This document shows positions 1 through 14,543 of a stretch of DNA of 64,000 nt, piece by piece. How positions within the stretch are numbered: position 1 is the stretch's first letter; the number at the start of each line of letters is the position of its first letter. The notes beneath the pieces were generated by a model, which worked only from the letters and a program-made list of their open reading frames with translations, was not told the DNA's origin and did no database searches. Origin of the DNA: Camelus dromedarius (lineage: Eukaryota); assembly GCF_036321535.1 (NCBI RefSeq), contig NC_087436.1:51710001-51774000 (forward strand), given 5' to 3'. The position numbers were made by a program, and so were the translations under genes.

Positions 1-193
1 CAGTTTACTGATACATCTAGGATCTGATTAAAGGTCCCAGAGGGAAAAACAAAAGTTGGGAAATATAACAGCAATGGATTAATTTCCAAAGATATTAAGG
101 CTGATAACTCTTCTTCTCACTAATTAATAACATCAGCATTTTCCTTCTGTTTCTAAGGGTGAGGGTCCTGGAAAAATTCCACAATAATCTGAC

Positions 194-466
194 CCTTCTT
201 TAAAGAGAAACCATTAACCAAGAAAGCATTTCCACTTTGCTGAACAATTAAATCCATCACACTGCAACTGACATTCTCAAACATGCTGGAAGAAGCTGCT
301 CAGTAGAATTTCATTCAGTGAACCCTTGGCACGCATCTCCTGAGCCTGTCCTTTGAAAGGCAGAATAGAAATACCTGTAGTGCTAATGGGTCGACTGCAG
401 CAGTCACTTCAAGGAAGGGGCAGAGTGACACTGCATTACTTGAAAAGGTTTTCAGCTACAGCATCT
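194..466 (-). pseudogene. Pseudo-exon with an RGS-domain C-terminal helix
   Basis: Acceptor at 467-468. Reads ...SSMFENVSCSVMDLIVQQSGNAFL, with F, L, S and FL at the same spacing as RGS4 [21 protein letters not shown]. Upstream in-frame stops are present. Confidence 0.5.
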
Positions 467-1859
467 CTAGGGATTTACAAGAATGAATAAGAAGCTATCA
501 TTATTGCAAACTCAGATTTTGTAAGTATCTGTGCTGGCCACTTGCCCACGTACCATGAGTAGTGTAGTTAGAGCACTGTGGTAATGGATATTCCTATTTT
601 TACCATGTCGAATTCACGTTTTCAGAACATCACACATGCATGCAAACACACTGATAAGAATATAACCACTGTATCTAGAAGCAAACATTCATATCACATA
701 CATTTTTATTAAAGGTCATTAAATTTGTTCCAAATAGTTTCAGCCCCAAACATTTGGATGAGCAAGCACAGGTAAATTTTAGTCTTAGTTTAGTGAGAAA
801 GTCAACCTTTAAGAATATTGAGACATTATTCATCATTGATGCTGGGATCCAGGCGGACAGGCAGAAGGTTGTTCAATTGTTTATGTTTTTATTATGTTAT
901 GTCTCCAAGTGGACAGAAACTTGGAAGGAAAATAGACACTTGAGAGAGAGATTGTAGCCTTTATTTCTTCACTCTGAACATAAGTAGTAGCTCAATAAAT
1001 ATTCTCATTTGTACATGGAGACTGACTGATTGATCCAGTTGCAAATGTTTTATGGAATTTGGAGACAAACTAGAAAAACTTGTATAGCATTTTTAAAGTC
1101 TAAAATGGTCAAGTGATGTTTTAAAGATAAAACTGTTAATAGAATTTGGGTGTCTTTTAGCATTTTTAAGAAGGATATAATTTTCAGTGCTGGCTGGGCA
1201 TGCTCCCCTTTCCAGATGAATGTTCACACTCAGAACCCATAGCTTCACATTTAGACATTGAGACATGAGTGTAATTGGTAAAGTAAGGACTATTTATTAC
1301 AAGTCTTTGTCAGGAAACAAGGCTAAATATGTATTTAAAGCAGGCTCACTTTGGAGAGTTCAGAGAACCCGGAAGCCAGGCAGTCTCTGGAGAATCACAG
1401 CAGAGGGGAGAACAGGAGCACAGGCCCCAAGCAGGATGGGGAAAGAGGTGTGCTCGCATTCCTAAGGAAGGGCAAGAAGGCCTGTGTGGCTGGAACAAAG
1501 GAGGAAGGGGGAAAGCTGTAGGAGGGCTTCAGAGGCTGTGATCAAAGCATGCATTTTATCCTGGGTGAATGGAAAGTTATCAGAGGATTCTGAAGAGAAG
1601 AGTGAGGAGATCCAACTTAAATTTTTAAAAAACGTATCAAATGTTCAAAATGATCATCAGTTATTAATTACCTGAATTAAATGATTATAACTTTTCCTCT
1701 TACTCAAGCCACTTACTTACACAATAAAAATTAAATTTTGATAGTTGGAGAATTATCTAAATTTGAATAAAGAGAGGATTTTCAGTGACACAAAACACAC
1801 TCTGTAGAAGCCCGGCTATGGAAGACCGGACCTTAAGGCTCCCCTGGTTTGCGGCTTAC

Positions 1860-1968
1860 CTGGTTTGATGAGCTCTTGATGTATGGGGAGTTTCCCATGA
1901 TGCATTTGGAAGCTTTAAAATGTAAGTAAATTCGGCTTTTGCTTTTTTATGTTTATCTGCACAGATAC
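1860..1968 (-). pseudogene. Candidate pseudo-exon (linker)
   Basis: Acceptor ...atgttaag and strong donor CAG|gtaagc. One open frame reads ICADKHKKAKAEFTYILKLPNASWETPHTSRAHQT. Confidence 0.4.
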
Positions 1969-4361
1969 CTTAACATGAGAATATAAAATTGTCACTTTCT
2001 TCCAGATTAATTTAAAAAAGGCAAAGTGAAGGTCAGGGATAAGCTGTATCACCAAAAAGATTCAAGGAAAGACCATAGAGTGAAGCCAACGTCACTGTCT
2101 CTGAGAAAAACTCTAATCTCACTTTTATTTAGAAAGAAAACTACATAGATATTATAATAAGCAAGGTGAGAAGACAGTAGAAAGTCTTGCTTACATCTTT
2201 ATCCTAATTTTCTCTTTGTATGATGTTAGACAGTCTATCTCTGCCTCATACCCCCATCTGGAAAAGAGGATAATATTTATCTGTTTCACTGAGGTGCTTA
2301 TGGAAATAATTCATATGGGTGAAGTATTTTGAAAAGGAAATGTACTGAATAAATGCTATACGTTAGCAGGTGACTGCATTTTTAAAAGAATTATTGTAAC
2401 AAATAATAAAAAGCTGTACTATGACATTTCACTGCCAATTACCTCCTTTTGTACGACTTACGCTGTATTTAAAATAATAATGCAAGATTACTCAAAATAA
2501 GAATAAGCTGTTAGGTACTTGAAATTACATGAGTTGTCAATTGTTAGAAAGGCTTATTCTTAGCAACAAACCAAGTTCAACGTTTTAAGTCTTATACCTC
2601 CAATGAACTTGAGTAATTTAAATACATTGTCATTAATAAAATAAAATAACAACATTGAAGTACCAGTGTCAGAAACAATAGAGCAATAATCATATGTTTA
2701 TCTTAATATTTTGCTTATAATTTCGCATTTTTGTATTACATTTGGGAATAAAGAAAATTTCCTCTGTAATGTAAGAATAGATTGCGTTGGATTTTGGCAT
2801 ACTAGGGAATGCTATATTTCATATGAGAAGACACGGCCTTTGGTTTAGAAAAATACCTTGGTGGTGGCTTTGAGTATAAAAGAAGTCTTCCTTGAACTGT
2901 CTTGAAGAAGAAAATACAACAAAAGGAGGTTGAGTGTGGGGTGGGGGAGGGGAGGGAGGCAGCGTCAAGAAGGACATTAGAACGGTAACAACGGGTGAGG
3001 CAGAAGCGAGGATGGTGTGACAGCTGGAAGGAAAAGACGAGCAGCAGCATGGTAGGAGGCTGTGGTCAGAGGACCCCTAGCAGTAGGAGTCCCTATGGAA
3101 GTTTTTAAGAAAATTTTACGTCTTAAGTTGTTTTCTCTGCTATCTGTTAGATGGTATGAAACCTCTCCAGGAGCACCTGCTCCTCTGCCCCACTAAATAA
3201 CATCCTAAAAGCTACATGATGTGTACTGCTTGTCCCGTATGCTTTGGGGGAAGCACAGAAAAGAACGTGTGGTCCATGTCTGTGCTGATCTTAGATGGAG
3301 GAATCAACCTAGCTGCAGAAGGACATGCTAATCAGGTTGAGGTGGGAACTGGGAATTGAATTGGGATGCATACATCCCTGAAAATTTCCAGAAATCTCTA
3401 GAAAAGATATTGGCCTTCCAGTGAGGTATGGAATAGGACCATGAATGATATTTTTACAAATATTAAAGAAAAATTTGACTCAATCTGATCACAGAATTCT
3501 AGGTTACAAATATGTGGTAGAAATTGTTATGGCAAATTGTTATGGGAATTATATTATATTCAAATATATATATTACTTATGCAAGTGGGTTCTAGGCTTT
3601 CAAAAAACACTAGAAATAACTTGGTTACTTATAATCTACTAATTTTATTTTTTGCATATGAACTATTTGTAGTCCCTTTTTGCTTTAAAATTTTGAAAAT
3701 CAAATGTTACTTTACTTGAATCTTCCTGAGCCTCAACTTCCTATTTCTTCCATTTTCGGCTTCCACTTCCATGATCAAACTCATGAACCAAAAGAATAAC
3801 TAGGGCAGTCTAATCATTTCCATCAGTCCTCCAGGATGCATTATTGTATCGCCAAAACTCTGTAGGGACCAATCCTCAGCCTCCAAGGCCATTAAGTACA
3901 CAGAGAGGGCAGACGTCCCAAGTAGTTAGACAATTAAAATGTTTTTATCTACCCCAATGAACTCAACTTATCAGATGGCTAGAAAGTGTGCCTTAGTGTC
4001 GCACAGCAGCTGAGAGTCTGGACCCCCGCACTTCTCCCTCTCCATGTTCCTCAGGAGGGATGCCTGACCTCAGTGGGCAGTGCAGACCTCTCTGCTCACA
4101 CAGGCATCACAATGTAGGCCCTGCTTCACAGCTGGCATTTCTGCATAGAGCATTGTGCCATTCTTCTGGAAATGGGAATTCTAGGCATTATGTGTCTCTC
4201 AGTGTAACCAAACAATGCCAAATAGACCAGGTCCATTTTTAAAGACCCCCCCCTTCACCATGTTAAATGCAGAAATATAGTACATATGGCTGTCACATTC
4301 GTCTTTATAAATGATTTGTTTATATCATAACATGATTCAGAAAAATTACCTAACCATCCAT

Positions 4362-4852
4362 GCATAGCCAGACTCCATGATGGTCCCCAATGATCCTCAC
4401 CTGCTGGTACTCACACTCTTGTCTAGTTCCCTCCTATGTTGTACCAAGGTTAGTCTGTGTGACCCCCTAGAAAAATGCAGAAGTGATAATATGTCAATTC
4501 TGAGATTAGGTTGTAAAAGACACTGTAACTTCCATCTTGGTGGCTTTTTTTCCTCTCACTCTTGGATCGTTTGCTTTGGGGGAAGTCAGGTTTTGAGCAG
4601 CCTGAGAAAGAGGTTCATATAGCAAGAAACTGCCAATGGCCACTTGAAGGAGTGCAGAAACAGACCTTCCAGCCCTTGTCAAAGTGCTCAGAGATAGCAG
4701 CCAACACCTGCAGCTTAAAGAGACCTGAGCTGCAACCACCCAGCAGAGGCCCTCCCAGATTCCTGACCTCCAGGAACGAATGTCATAATAAACATTTGTT
4801 GCTTCCAGCTGCTAAGCCTTGGTGGTGTTGGTTACATAGCAAAATAACAAAT
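4362..4852 (+). mobile_element. MaLR LTR (MLT1-like)
   Basis: Starts like MLT1 (...ctccatgatggtccccaatgatcctcacctgctggt) and ends with aataaacatttgttgcttccagctgctaagccttggtggtgttggttacatagcaaaataac. Confidence 0.7.
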
Positions 4853-5787
4853 ACATTTTCTTATCTCCTTCCTCTGGCAAGTGCCTGCCAGGACAAAGAG
4901 AGGCTTTGGCTAGCACACAGTACGGTACAGTCCTGAGGCCATGGCACCTCTAACCTGCGGTGCCTAGATTGTGGTTTCAGTAAATACTACCTTGAAGAAG
5001 TTATAGATGAGAACAAAGTAGACAATTTGAAATCAAGATGCAAATACCAAACAAGCATGGCAAACAGGACAAAGAACAAAATTCAAGATAAATGGGGGTG
5101 TGAAGCCTGGAACACCCCTTCTGAGACTTTGGGGTTTCCTTATTTTGTTCTGTGCCCTCTGAAAAGGGCTTGCTAGGAGGACTTAAAGAGGCTTGTCTAA
5201 GCAGAGACTAATCTGACATTCAAGGGCTGCCACAGTTACGACCAATCTTACCGTTTCTCTTTACTAATCCCCCTCTGAGCTTCAAATAAATAGAGTACTT
5301 TCTTATCTCTAGGTTTTTATGGAAGCCTTTATATTCAACAGGAATTTCTTGCCTCCTATTCACATGACTCCTTGAACTGGACCTATCTTTTAATTCTGCC
5401 TGATATCTTTTTCTCTCTGCAATCCCTGCTGAACAACAGAACTCTAAGGGATTGCTCTCTCACTAAGAAATCAGTATCCATACCACTAGCATACTGTGTT
5501 CATTTTTTGTGCCTGTCTTCACAATAAATAATTTCTAGAGGGCAGGAGTCTCCCTGATACATGACTGTATCGTCTCCAAAGATGCTAGTACAATACCACT
5601 TAATTGATACCAGTGTGATAAATATTGGTTAATTGACTTCTACAAGTTTTCTTATTGCAGATGGGTCCTGTTTTTTCGTGTGTTTGTGGACAGTTTTAAA
5701 AGTCAATCAAAAAGGAAAAAAAATCAATTCACCACTCAGCAATAACCGCTCAATATTTTTGTGGTATAGTCTTTTTTGAACAGATAT

Positions 5788-5788
<1 letters not shown>

Positions 5789-5820
<32 letters not shown>
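5789..5820. repeat. (TG)n microsatellite
   Basis: Uninterrupted TG run. Confidence 0.95.
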
Positions 5821-5821
<1 letters not shown>

Positions 5822-8241
5822 TTTGTAGTGTCTGTGTGTTTGCTATGTGTTGTGTATGTGAAAAGGAATCAAACTGATTATATACTTGCTTGTTTAATAA
5901 TGAATAGCAACATTTATTCACTGAATGCCCCATTTTTAGACCTGGAAAAAAAATCTGGGGATGTAATTTTTAAATGTAGCTCTACATTAATATAAGGAGC
6001 TCTCTTGCCTGTAAAAGCAGTATGTCACTGATTTCAGACCCTTTCTGTGTTACTTCTATTACAAATAACCATGATAATAAACAACATCCTCAGCTGGAAT
6101 GGATTTCAATGTCATGTCATAACAATACCATCAACTATAAAGGAAATAAACAACCATCAAACTATGTCAGTGAGATTTAAATAAAATGGGTAAAGAAGTC
6201 AACTGCAACTCAAAATTCATGTATAACTCACCTAATTTTCCAGTACTAACCATGGGAAGGGTTATAGCTACCAGAAAGTCTGTCTGCTTTCATTTTAGCA
6301 TGCTTAAACACAGCTCTGAAAAGGACAGGAAATGACAGAATTGCTGCTCCCTTCCCCTACTAATAGCTCTTATTTTAATCTCTCCATTTCTACAGTTTTT
6401 TTAAAAAACCCATACCCATGTGACTTAACTGTTCAGTTTCATAAGCTAGGAAATAAGAAAATAATGGTATATACCTTACAATGTCTGGCATAGGGTAAAC
6501 ACTTAAAAATGTTTCTCCATATTACGCCTGTTTTGTTCTCTCACCCTAGTAACCACACTTTTGCATGCATGTGTGTGCACCCGCTCTGTCTCTCACGCAT
6601 GCGCGCGCACACACACACACTCACTCACTTTCTTTAAACCAAGGAACACAACTATCACAGGCTCCCTGATGTGAGAGTTCTGTCTATGTTTCATTTTTTA
6701 TTACTTTAAACAAGGGTCAGTTACATAATTAGAGGAGCAGGTAAGTACAAACTCACAAGTCAAGCCAACACATCGTTTCTGTTTAATAAAATCTTCATCA
6801 TTTAAAAGAAAGTACAGAGTAACAACCACCAGAAGAAGGCAATTTGGATTGCTCTGAGACTGGGCATTAATACACAGTCAAAATCTTGTAACTGATATCA
6901 GATATTTCTTTTGTTATTGAGAATGAAGGGTTGGAATTTATAGATTCATAATCTATAGCAGAAAACAGTATTAAAAGCTCTGAAATGTGATCTTAATATT
7001 CTCCTAGTGCTCTCTGAACAATTGTTAAACGTCCTGCAATCCCGGCTCTACATTATGGCTACAAATCCCCGCTGAAAAGTGAAGTCCTAATCCCTCCACA
7101 GACTCACTGCCGGCTCAGGGCTCCCACAGGTCAGAGGCAGCCTGGACATGACTGTCTTCACCCCCAAGCACACCTGCATCCAAACCATGTATCTCCGACC
7201 ACATTCTCACCAACTGAACATGGTGGCAGCACCTTCCATGGTCCCTGTTGCAACTCAGCCACAGTGGAGTGAACTCTGAGAAGAATCTGGCAAGCAGTAC
7301 TTAGCCTCCTATTCTCTCCTTTCTTTGTCATTTTATCTCTTCAGTATGTCCTCTCCTAAATCCACTCCCTCTCCAGCATCCTCATACTCTCTCTCTTCTT
7401 TACCTACATGATTTACGCTAAAGTACGAATGACCAAGGATTCTTGAAGTTTTATTTCCCCAGGCATTTGCATTCATTTGTGACCAAGCTTTAAATAATGG
7501 AACACATCAATAAAATGTAAGCATCAGTATTAAATTACAGGTATCTGGGGGACCAAAATTCTTTGGAAACACATCACATAGTCCCTAAATTAGGCCATCC
7601 TATTAGACAATATTAAATTTGAGAATGCAGTGACATGTAAGTGATATCTGTCCATCAGCTGAACAACTCTCAGTGCTTGGATCTGCTTTTCTATCACTGG
7701 ACATTGGCCATAAGAAGGATATAAACAGCTCAGGTGGGGAAAAGAGTGACGTTATAAAGAAGATGGAGGATTTTAATAACAATGTCATCCAGTTGATTTT
7801 CAATAACTTATTTTATAAATATAATATTCAAAAGAAAATTGAATAATTTTTCAACAGTCTCACCACTCTAACCATTGTTTCTCTTTTTTAATGTGCATTA
7901 ATAGTTCATTCATCAGTGTTTGTTGAGAATCTTCAGCATCCCGGAGAACTTGTCATGTCTCTTCTAATCCTATTAATCTTTATCCATGGAGAACTGTAAT
8001 CTGTAACCAGAGCGTATTTTTACTTTTTTGAATTTTACTTTTTCTTTCACTTACTGTATCATAAGCATTTTTATATGCTGCTATTTCGAGACATGACTTC
8101 AATTAGATACACTTTTCAGGACAAAAAATGTTCTTGAGATGAGCCAAGTGAGAGGCAACTGGGAAACATGTCTTTCTTAGAATTAATGAGAGGTCTTATT
8201 AATGCTATGAAAGCCTTACTCACAATTCCAAACAAGTTTAC

Positions 8242-8456
8242 CTGGAAAATTTCCAAGGAACATCATCACTTGTGCCCAGTGCAAGAATGAAGCATCTTTT
8301 AGTGGATTGGAGAGAAGCTAATAGCCCTTTGAGAGCTTACTAGATATCACTGATTTACATACTAGACATCAGTGTGTGCTCACAAGGTGTTTTTCAGACT
8401 TCTTGGCACAAAAGAAGTCTCTAGTAAGAAACTGAGTTGTTTTTGCAGTAAAGTTC
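8242..8456 (-). pseudogene. Pseudo-exon, second half of an RGS-like domain
   Basis: Acceptor ctctag and donor CAG|gtaaac. Reads NFTAKTTQFLTRDFFCAKKSEKHLVSTH*...KGY*LLSNPLKDASFLHWAQVMMFL, containing the RGS-type '..AQ...F' spacing. Confidence 0.5.
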
Positions 8457-9639
8457 CTAGAGACTTGTACCCTTCCCTGTCAAGCTTCCCTCAACTTTTA
8501 GAAACCAAATGACAGCGATGGACTTCCCAGGACTGAGGGCTCCCCTGGGGAGTCATGAGCCGCTAGAGACCGAGCTGCGGTATCTATTTTGCCTTCAAAT
8601 GAAAGCAAACTGCACTAAGACACAGGACCTGGCAGGACTGTGAAGTGAGCACAGGAGGGGCAGGTGCAGAGAATTAGGGCATACTGAACTCTAAGGTTAA
8701 GAGCCAGCCTTCTAGGTCACCTTCCTATTTGTCTAAAGAAAACACGATTCAAGGAGGAAGGCTGCAAAATCGCATGAAGCTCTCTTCCTTCATCCTTAAA
8801 ATTATGGGTGAAGATAAGTCAAATTTTCCTAAATCAGGCCCTGGAAACAAAATAAAAGTTATGTGCTGGGCAAGGTGAGGGAGGAAAGCAGTCCCCAAGC
8901 CACAGTGTTCCCTGTTCATATCCTGCTATGACCTGAGAATCTTAGTTGCCATTAGTTTGGCCAGAAACTGAAGAACTGAAAGGCAAGGGTGTGTGGATTC
9001 TGTGTGGATGATGGGGTGAAGGCATAAATAGAAGGGTGGTTAAAGATAACAAGATTTGCTCTTTTCTTTTTTTGACACAGATGCTTTGTTACGACAAAAT
9101 TCTATCAATAATAAATTGTTTTTGTCATCATTTTGCCTAGCATTGACCTGCGCATCCACCCATCTTTCTCTTCCCACAGCACTAGCCTGTGCATGTACCT
9201 ATCCCTGCTAAGGTAAAAGGGACCAGCCTGCCCCTGATACATCATAGTAGTCACAGAGTGGTGCCCAGACCACTAAGTATACAACACCCAATTCCTATTC
9301 CTCCCCTTTGCCTCCACTTCTACTATACCAGAACTGGCCTCAGCTGAGAGGGCTTGAAAAACTGCTAAAAATTACTAATAATAGTTATTTACTGAAAGCC
9401 TATTATGGGCCAGTCTCAGTCCATCCAATTCCAAATGTCCTACCCTTGCTCTTGAATTACATGTAGTATTTCTGGTCAGTATTTCCCTACAGGTTTAACC
9501 TGTAACCAGTGTAGGGGCAGTATAAAATTAAAGACATTTTTCACTCAAGAATCCTTCAACCATTTAAACTGTGAATGAATATTCATATATGCAAGAGAAA
9601 AGGTGAGAGGAGGACACCCCAAATCCCTGGACCATGTGA

Positions 9640-9788
9640 GTTCTCCATCTTTCCCGTTCTTTTCTTTCCCTTCCTTTCCCTCACTAATCTTCCTTTTCTT
9701 CTCCCTCCCTCCCCTTCCTCCTTTCCTTTCCTCCCTCCTTCCTTCCCTCCCTCTTTCCTTTCTTCCCTCCCTCCCTTCTTCCTTTCCT
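9640..9788. repeat. Polypyrimidine low-complexity tract (TTCC/CCCT)
   Basis: About 150 nt almost purely C/T; it generates the spurious ORFs at 9545-9905. Confidence 0.9.
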
Positions 9789-12700
9789 AGATGGCATGCC
9801 AAATATTTAAAAGATGAAAGTGATCTATATAAACCTGTTACACACAAAAGCCAATATACCTATATGAAAAGCTCCAAAGGCTCATATTTTATGCTCTTGC
9901 AGTGAATTAAAATGAAATTTTGTTTTAAAGTTCTTACAGAATAAAAAAGTATATTTATAAAAGACAAAAAATGACCAATCTTTTCCTCATGTGGCAAACC
10001 AGTTAAATAACTATCATTAGATTAAAGCAAAATTTAATTAAGGAAATAAAGAGACAAACAACTACCTTGGCATATTACAAATTCATGTTATCTAACATCA
10101 ACTTTCACTGCTGCTTCTTGGCAAATCTTGTTTCCTCATTGATTTCATAACATAGCCTCCAATCCGGCTGTTGCAACCCTTCTGCTTTCCCTAGGTCCCC
10201 ATCCTGCTTCCCTCATTTGCTGTCCTCACTCCCTCACTCTTATTCCTACTCACCCAGCTCCTCCCTAATTTGGTCCGTTGTGTGCCCTCATTCCACTCCC
10301 CCTCACTAGCATCTCCATCTTCCCTTACCCATGTGCTTCCTGCACCTCTGTCTTTAATAGAGTACTTTAATAGGTCAATGCTGGATAGCTCTGCAAAGGA
10401 AAGGCACTGTGCTGGTCATCACTTCACTTCACTGTCTCTCAGCGTCAAACTCACCCATTTGCCTGCTCTGTGAAAAATGGACCTGGATTTTTAAAATATT
10501 TTCCTTCCTTTGCCAACTTGCATGATTTTAAGCTTTATCAGTAGAGAGGGGATTGGGAAGAAATGGCAGGATGAACAGGGTTCTGCCTCCCACTTGCCGT
10601 GTGCCCCCTGGTGGCCTGCTGCAGTCACTGCAACATGTGCAGCTGCTCTCACAGACTCCAGCTCCTAGCCCCCAGGGCAGTTAACATTCTTTATATTAAA
10701 CTTTCCCTATCCAAAGCAAAAAAAAAAAAAAAAAAAAAAAATCATCATCACATTACATACGTCAGATCCTTCATTCATCACATACTTCAGATCATCACAT
10801 ACTTCATATTCCAAATCTTGAGTCTGGGCAGTGGGCTCCCAGTTGTTCTTTATATTGTCTACAAAATATACCTAAGATTTAAAAAGTCTGTTTATGGACC
10901 GATGATGTCAGTGCATCACGACTGAAGAAGGTCAATCTCACTCCTTACATCTGAGATCCTTGAAAAGAAGGGAGTGAAGAAAACAGTTTCTTCCCACACA
11001 CCCCTACTCTCATTTTTCACTTCAGGAAAAAAAAAAAAAAAATCAAGAGCCTAAGTTATAATCTAAGAAATCTTTTGTCTAAAGTATCCACCCAATATTT
11101 TTTTTGGTGGGGGGGGGCTTCATTGGAGTGGATGTAAACAACTGGGAAAAATTAATTCTTTACTTACATATATTTTAACCCTGAGGATTAAAATGAAGTT
11201 GGGCTCTACAAATGCATCAAAAATACAAGTCTCAACTCAAAACCTGAACTGTTCAAGAAATTCAATGTCTAGTTCAACTAGTCCCTGACATTCATCCCAG
11301 CCTCTTACAATTCCATTTTTAGCGGAGTTGCCTCTGTGCTCTAAGGAGTGGGGGAAATCAGACCATTAGTTACCACTTTCTGAGATCCAAAAGGTACTTC
11401 GGTGATCATCTCACACAGGTCACAGCTGCATTCTTCCTCATCCCAATCCAAAGGGCCCAGTAGGGCTCACTAGAGTGTAACGGGGCTCTCCTCACAGACC
11501 ACCCCCCCCCCACCAGTTCTGTATCTGCTATCTCCCTTGAAGCTCTGACGGTCATTCCACTCCCGCTCCATGCTGCAATACAGACAACTGAGGACTGTGG
11601 CACACGCATCTGCCTAGACAAACCACACAGGGCTTTATTTCCTCTCAGGGGTTTTGTCTTCTCCTTGGGTCTACCCTGTAGAAAAGGCTCAAATACCTTC
11701 TGCTATCACATCCCCCCAGATTCCTCTACTGTTTGACCATCACTGCTGCACCTCAGCTTACGTGGAGCAGGAAACAGTTCTCCTGAATCTCAGACACCCA
11801 CATCAACTACCCTTCTCGCTTTGCCTTTGGCTCTTCTCCTCACCCCCCAAACCTGAAGTCTCCGGGAGCTGGAAGATTTGTTCTGACTCATCAAACATTC
11901 TCTGTTCCCTGAGTTCTCTTGGTGGAATAGACCTTTTGAAATTTTACTGCGTTTCTGCTGCAATATTCCTTCCCTAAGGCAATCAATGCTGCAGATCCTA
12001 GATGCCTAAACTACTTCTTAGTATTACAAATGATCACGCTGCCACAGTGTCTGTTCCCACTGACTCTAAAACTATCTATGCTGATATATCCAAACACAAG
12101 GCTCCTCTAGTACTGGGGCTACCAACTGCACAGCACAAAGCACACCCTGTGCACGCTTCCAGTCCTGCTTTTTACAGTGCTCACCCACCACCTTCCTGTT
12201 GAATGACGCACAATGCTGTGGAGCCTGCACCAGTGCTTGTTTCCTGCAGCTACCACTGCTCTGCCTCCCGACACTGACCGAACAATAACTGTTCAGCTCC
12301 TGAAGTGCTGCTACCACTGTTGCTCAGGGAAGCCCATCAGAACCTCAAACAGGATGGCCACAGTGTTTCCTGCAAGTTGCAACTCCTCTGCTCAGGCGGA
12401 ACTGGTTTCCTGCTGACCTTGAAGATACTGACCTGACCTGAGCTATTAAGATACTGATCATCAAGATAGCCTGGCTACTATTGTGGACAACTTCCTCAAT
12501 GGAAAGAGCTTCCTAAGAGAGCTCTTACTATTGCACTCAACCCCACCATGTACCTTGCCCTCCTGCCCCCAGAGTCTACTATCATCCAGCAGTAGTACAA
12601 GACTTACAAAAATGAAGTCAAAGCACAATGCTCATCTGTTCCAAGCCCCCCAGGGGCTCCCCACATAAGCGGGAGTTAAAAACTAATTTCTTAGGAAGGT

Positions 12701-14150
12701 CCACACAGTCCTATGTGATCAGACTTCCCATTACCTCTCCAGATGCTCTTCCTGTTTGCATACTTGGCTCTGGTCTCTTTGTCTTCCCGTGGGCCTGGAA
12801 CGCACCTGCATGGTTCCATCTCAGAGTCTTCACACCAGGCCTGTCTCCTTTCCCTCCAATACTTCACTGGGACTAGCTAACTCACTCACTCCTGTGTTTT
12901 TTTTTCCCAAATACTTGCTTAGAGGAGACCTGCTCACTGAAGCCTACCCTGGCCACCCCACTTAAAGCTGCACCCGCCAGCATGCCTCTTCTCAGATTCC
13001 TTCTTCTCACTGGCACTTTTCACCTTCTAACATACCTCATACATTGTTATTTTTGGACCATGTTTATTGTCCTCCTCCCTCTACAGCAATGTAAGTTCCA
13101 TGATAACAGCGATTCGCATCATTGACCTTTTCACTTCTCTATTTTCATCACTTAAAACAATGCTTGGTACATAGTACTCATTTAAGAAATACGTATTTGT
13201 AGAGTGAATGTTTGATGCCTGATTGTCCAGCAGGTGGCTGAGAAGCAACGAGTGCTCTCTTCCATTTGGTATCAGCAGAGCTTCTTCATAGAACCCTCCA
13301 AAGGGAAGCACAGCCCTTGGCATCTTCTCTGCCTCAGCAGGGGTCTCCCTATTCAGTGATTCAGTCTCCAAAAGAATTTAGGAAATGTTCACCCTCATTT
13401 CTCTTTGTAAGGGACTTGGGCAGGTACCAGAGTCTTTTCCACCCCACAGATCTTTCATAAATGGACTCGGTAAGCCCAAAGACTTCCAAGCTAATCAAAA
13501 CCATGATGCTCTTTTCTAAATTCCTAGTGTTTCTAGATGAACATGGTCCTCCTAAGACCATGAGAGGAATAACAGGAATACATGCTTTCATGCTTTCCAT
13601 GGAGCATCCTCTCTGTCAGTTACTACACTGAGTGCTACATATGTGTTCAATTTAATCCTCAGAACCACCATGTAATGTAGGTGTTATATACACTTTGCAT
13701 ATAGACATAAGGCTCAGAGAAGGAAAATAATATTCCATAGTTTACAAAGCCAAAAATCTCATAGTTCAAAAATATTTCAGACACTTTGTGAGCCCCTGCA
13801 ATCCTCATAATAAAGACATGTATTCGAAGACACAATTTGTCCTCCCTTATTTCTACACTCTAGTAAGTTCATGAGAACTACTAAGATCCAGGTGGTGTCT
13901 GCAGCACCTGTCAAACACCTGCCATGTGTTCACTGCTCCCTAAATATGTATTAAATGTAATGAAATCAAACTTCATCCTGTGTAGGAACACTGTATTTTG
14001 ACAGAAAGTAACCCACAAAGGTAGTTCATTAGATGCCTTAGAATGCCTTGGAATGATGAGTAATTATGGGAAGCTTAGACATTGGATAGTCCTCAAGAAA
14101 GTTATAAGGAAAAGATTTAGATCATTTGCAATTTGAGATGTGCCACCACG

Positions 14151-14543
14151 TTATCGCTGATTTTCAGCAAATAGCAAGAACCACAAAATTCCATATATTT
14201 TTATCAGCCCTGGAGGAACAGTCCACAGCAGTAGATTAGGAAGTAATGTCCCCATGGAAATGGTCAATGTTTCCATCTTTGTTACTGTTGTTTCAAGTAC
14301 TTTCTGAAAGAAGGAGTCCACCTCTGTGGGCATGAATGAAAAAAATCATTAGGTTGCCATAGGATCCACCTGAATTATGGGTGACTCAGTGTTGATGTGG
14401 CCAACATCATTCGTACTTGTGTCACTTGACAATGACTGTCTTGCATACAACTGCTTCTGTCATACTACAGCCATATCAGGCCTATTTTCACTGTCTCTGC
14501 ATCATAGTCAGACATATTAGAGATCCTTAAACATTCTGAATTT
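14151..14543 (-). pseudogene. Pseudo-exon with an RGS-like domain
   Basis: Acceptor attttgttgtattttag. A single frame reads KFRMFKDL*YV*L*CRDSENRPDMAVV*QKQLYARQ...GHINTESPIIQVDPMAT**FFSFMPTEVDSFFQKVLETTVTKMETLT. HI...SP..QV and F-x10-ME match RGS spacing. The 3' boundary is uncertain. Confidence 0.6.

Noticed and set aside
4562..4936. 124-aa ORF (and the 124-aa ORF at 25307-25681)
   Set aside because: Both lie largely within MLT1/MLT2 LTRs and have no protein-like features.
7603..7803. 66-aa minus-strand ORF as an exon of the fossil gene
   Set aside because: It has no clear splice pair or RGS motif, and part resembles an old L1 endonuclease-region remnant on the plus strand; left unassigned.
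9545..9905. Three overlapping 70-100 aa ORFs
   Set aside because: They arise from a polypyrimidine low-complexity tract.
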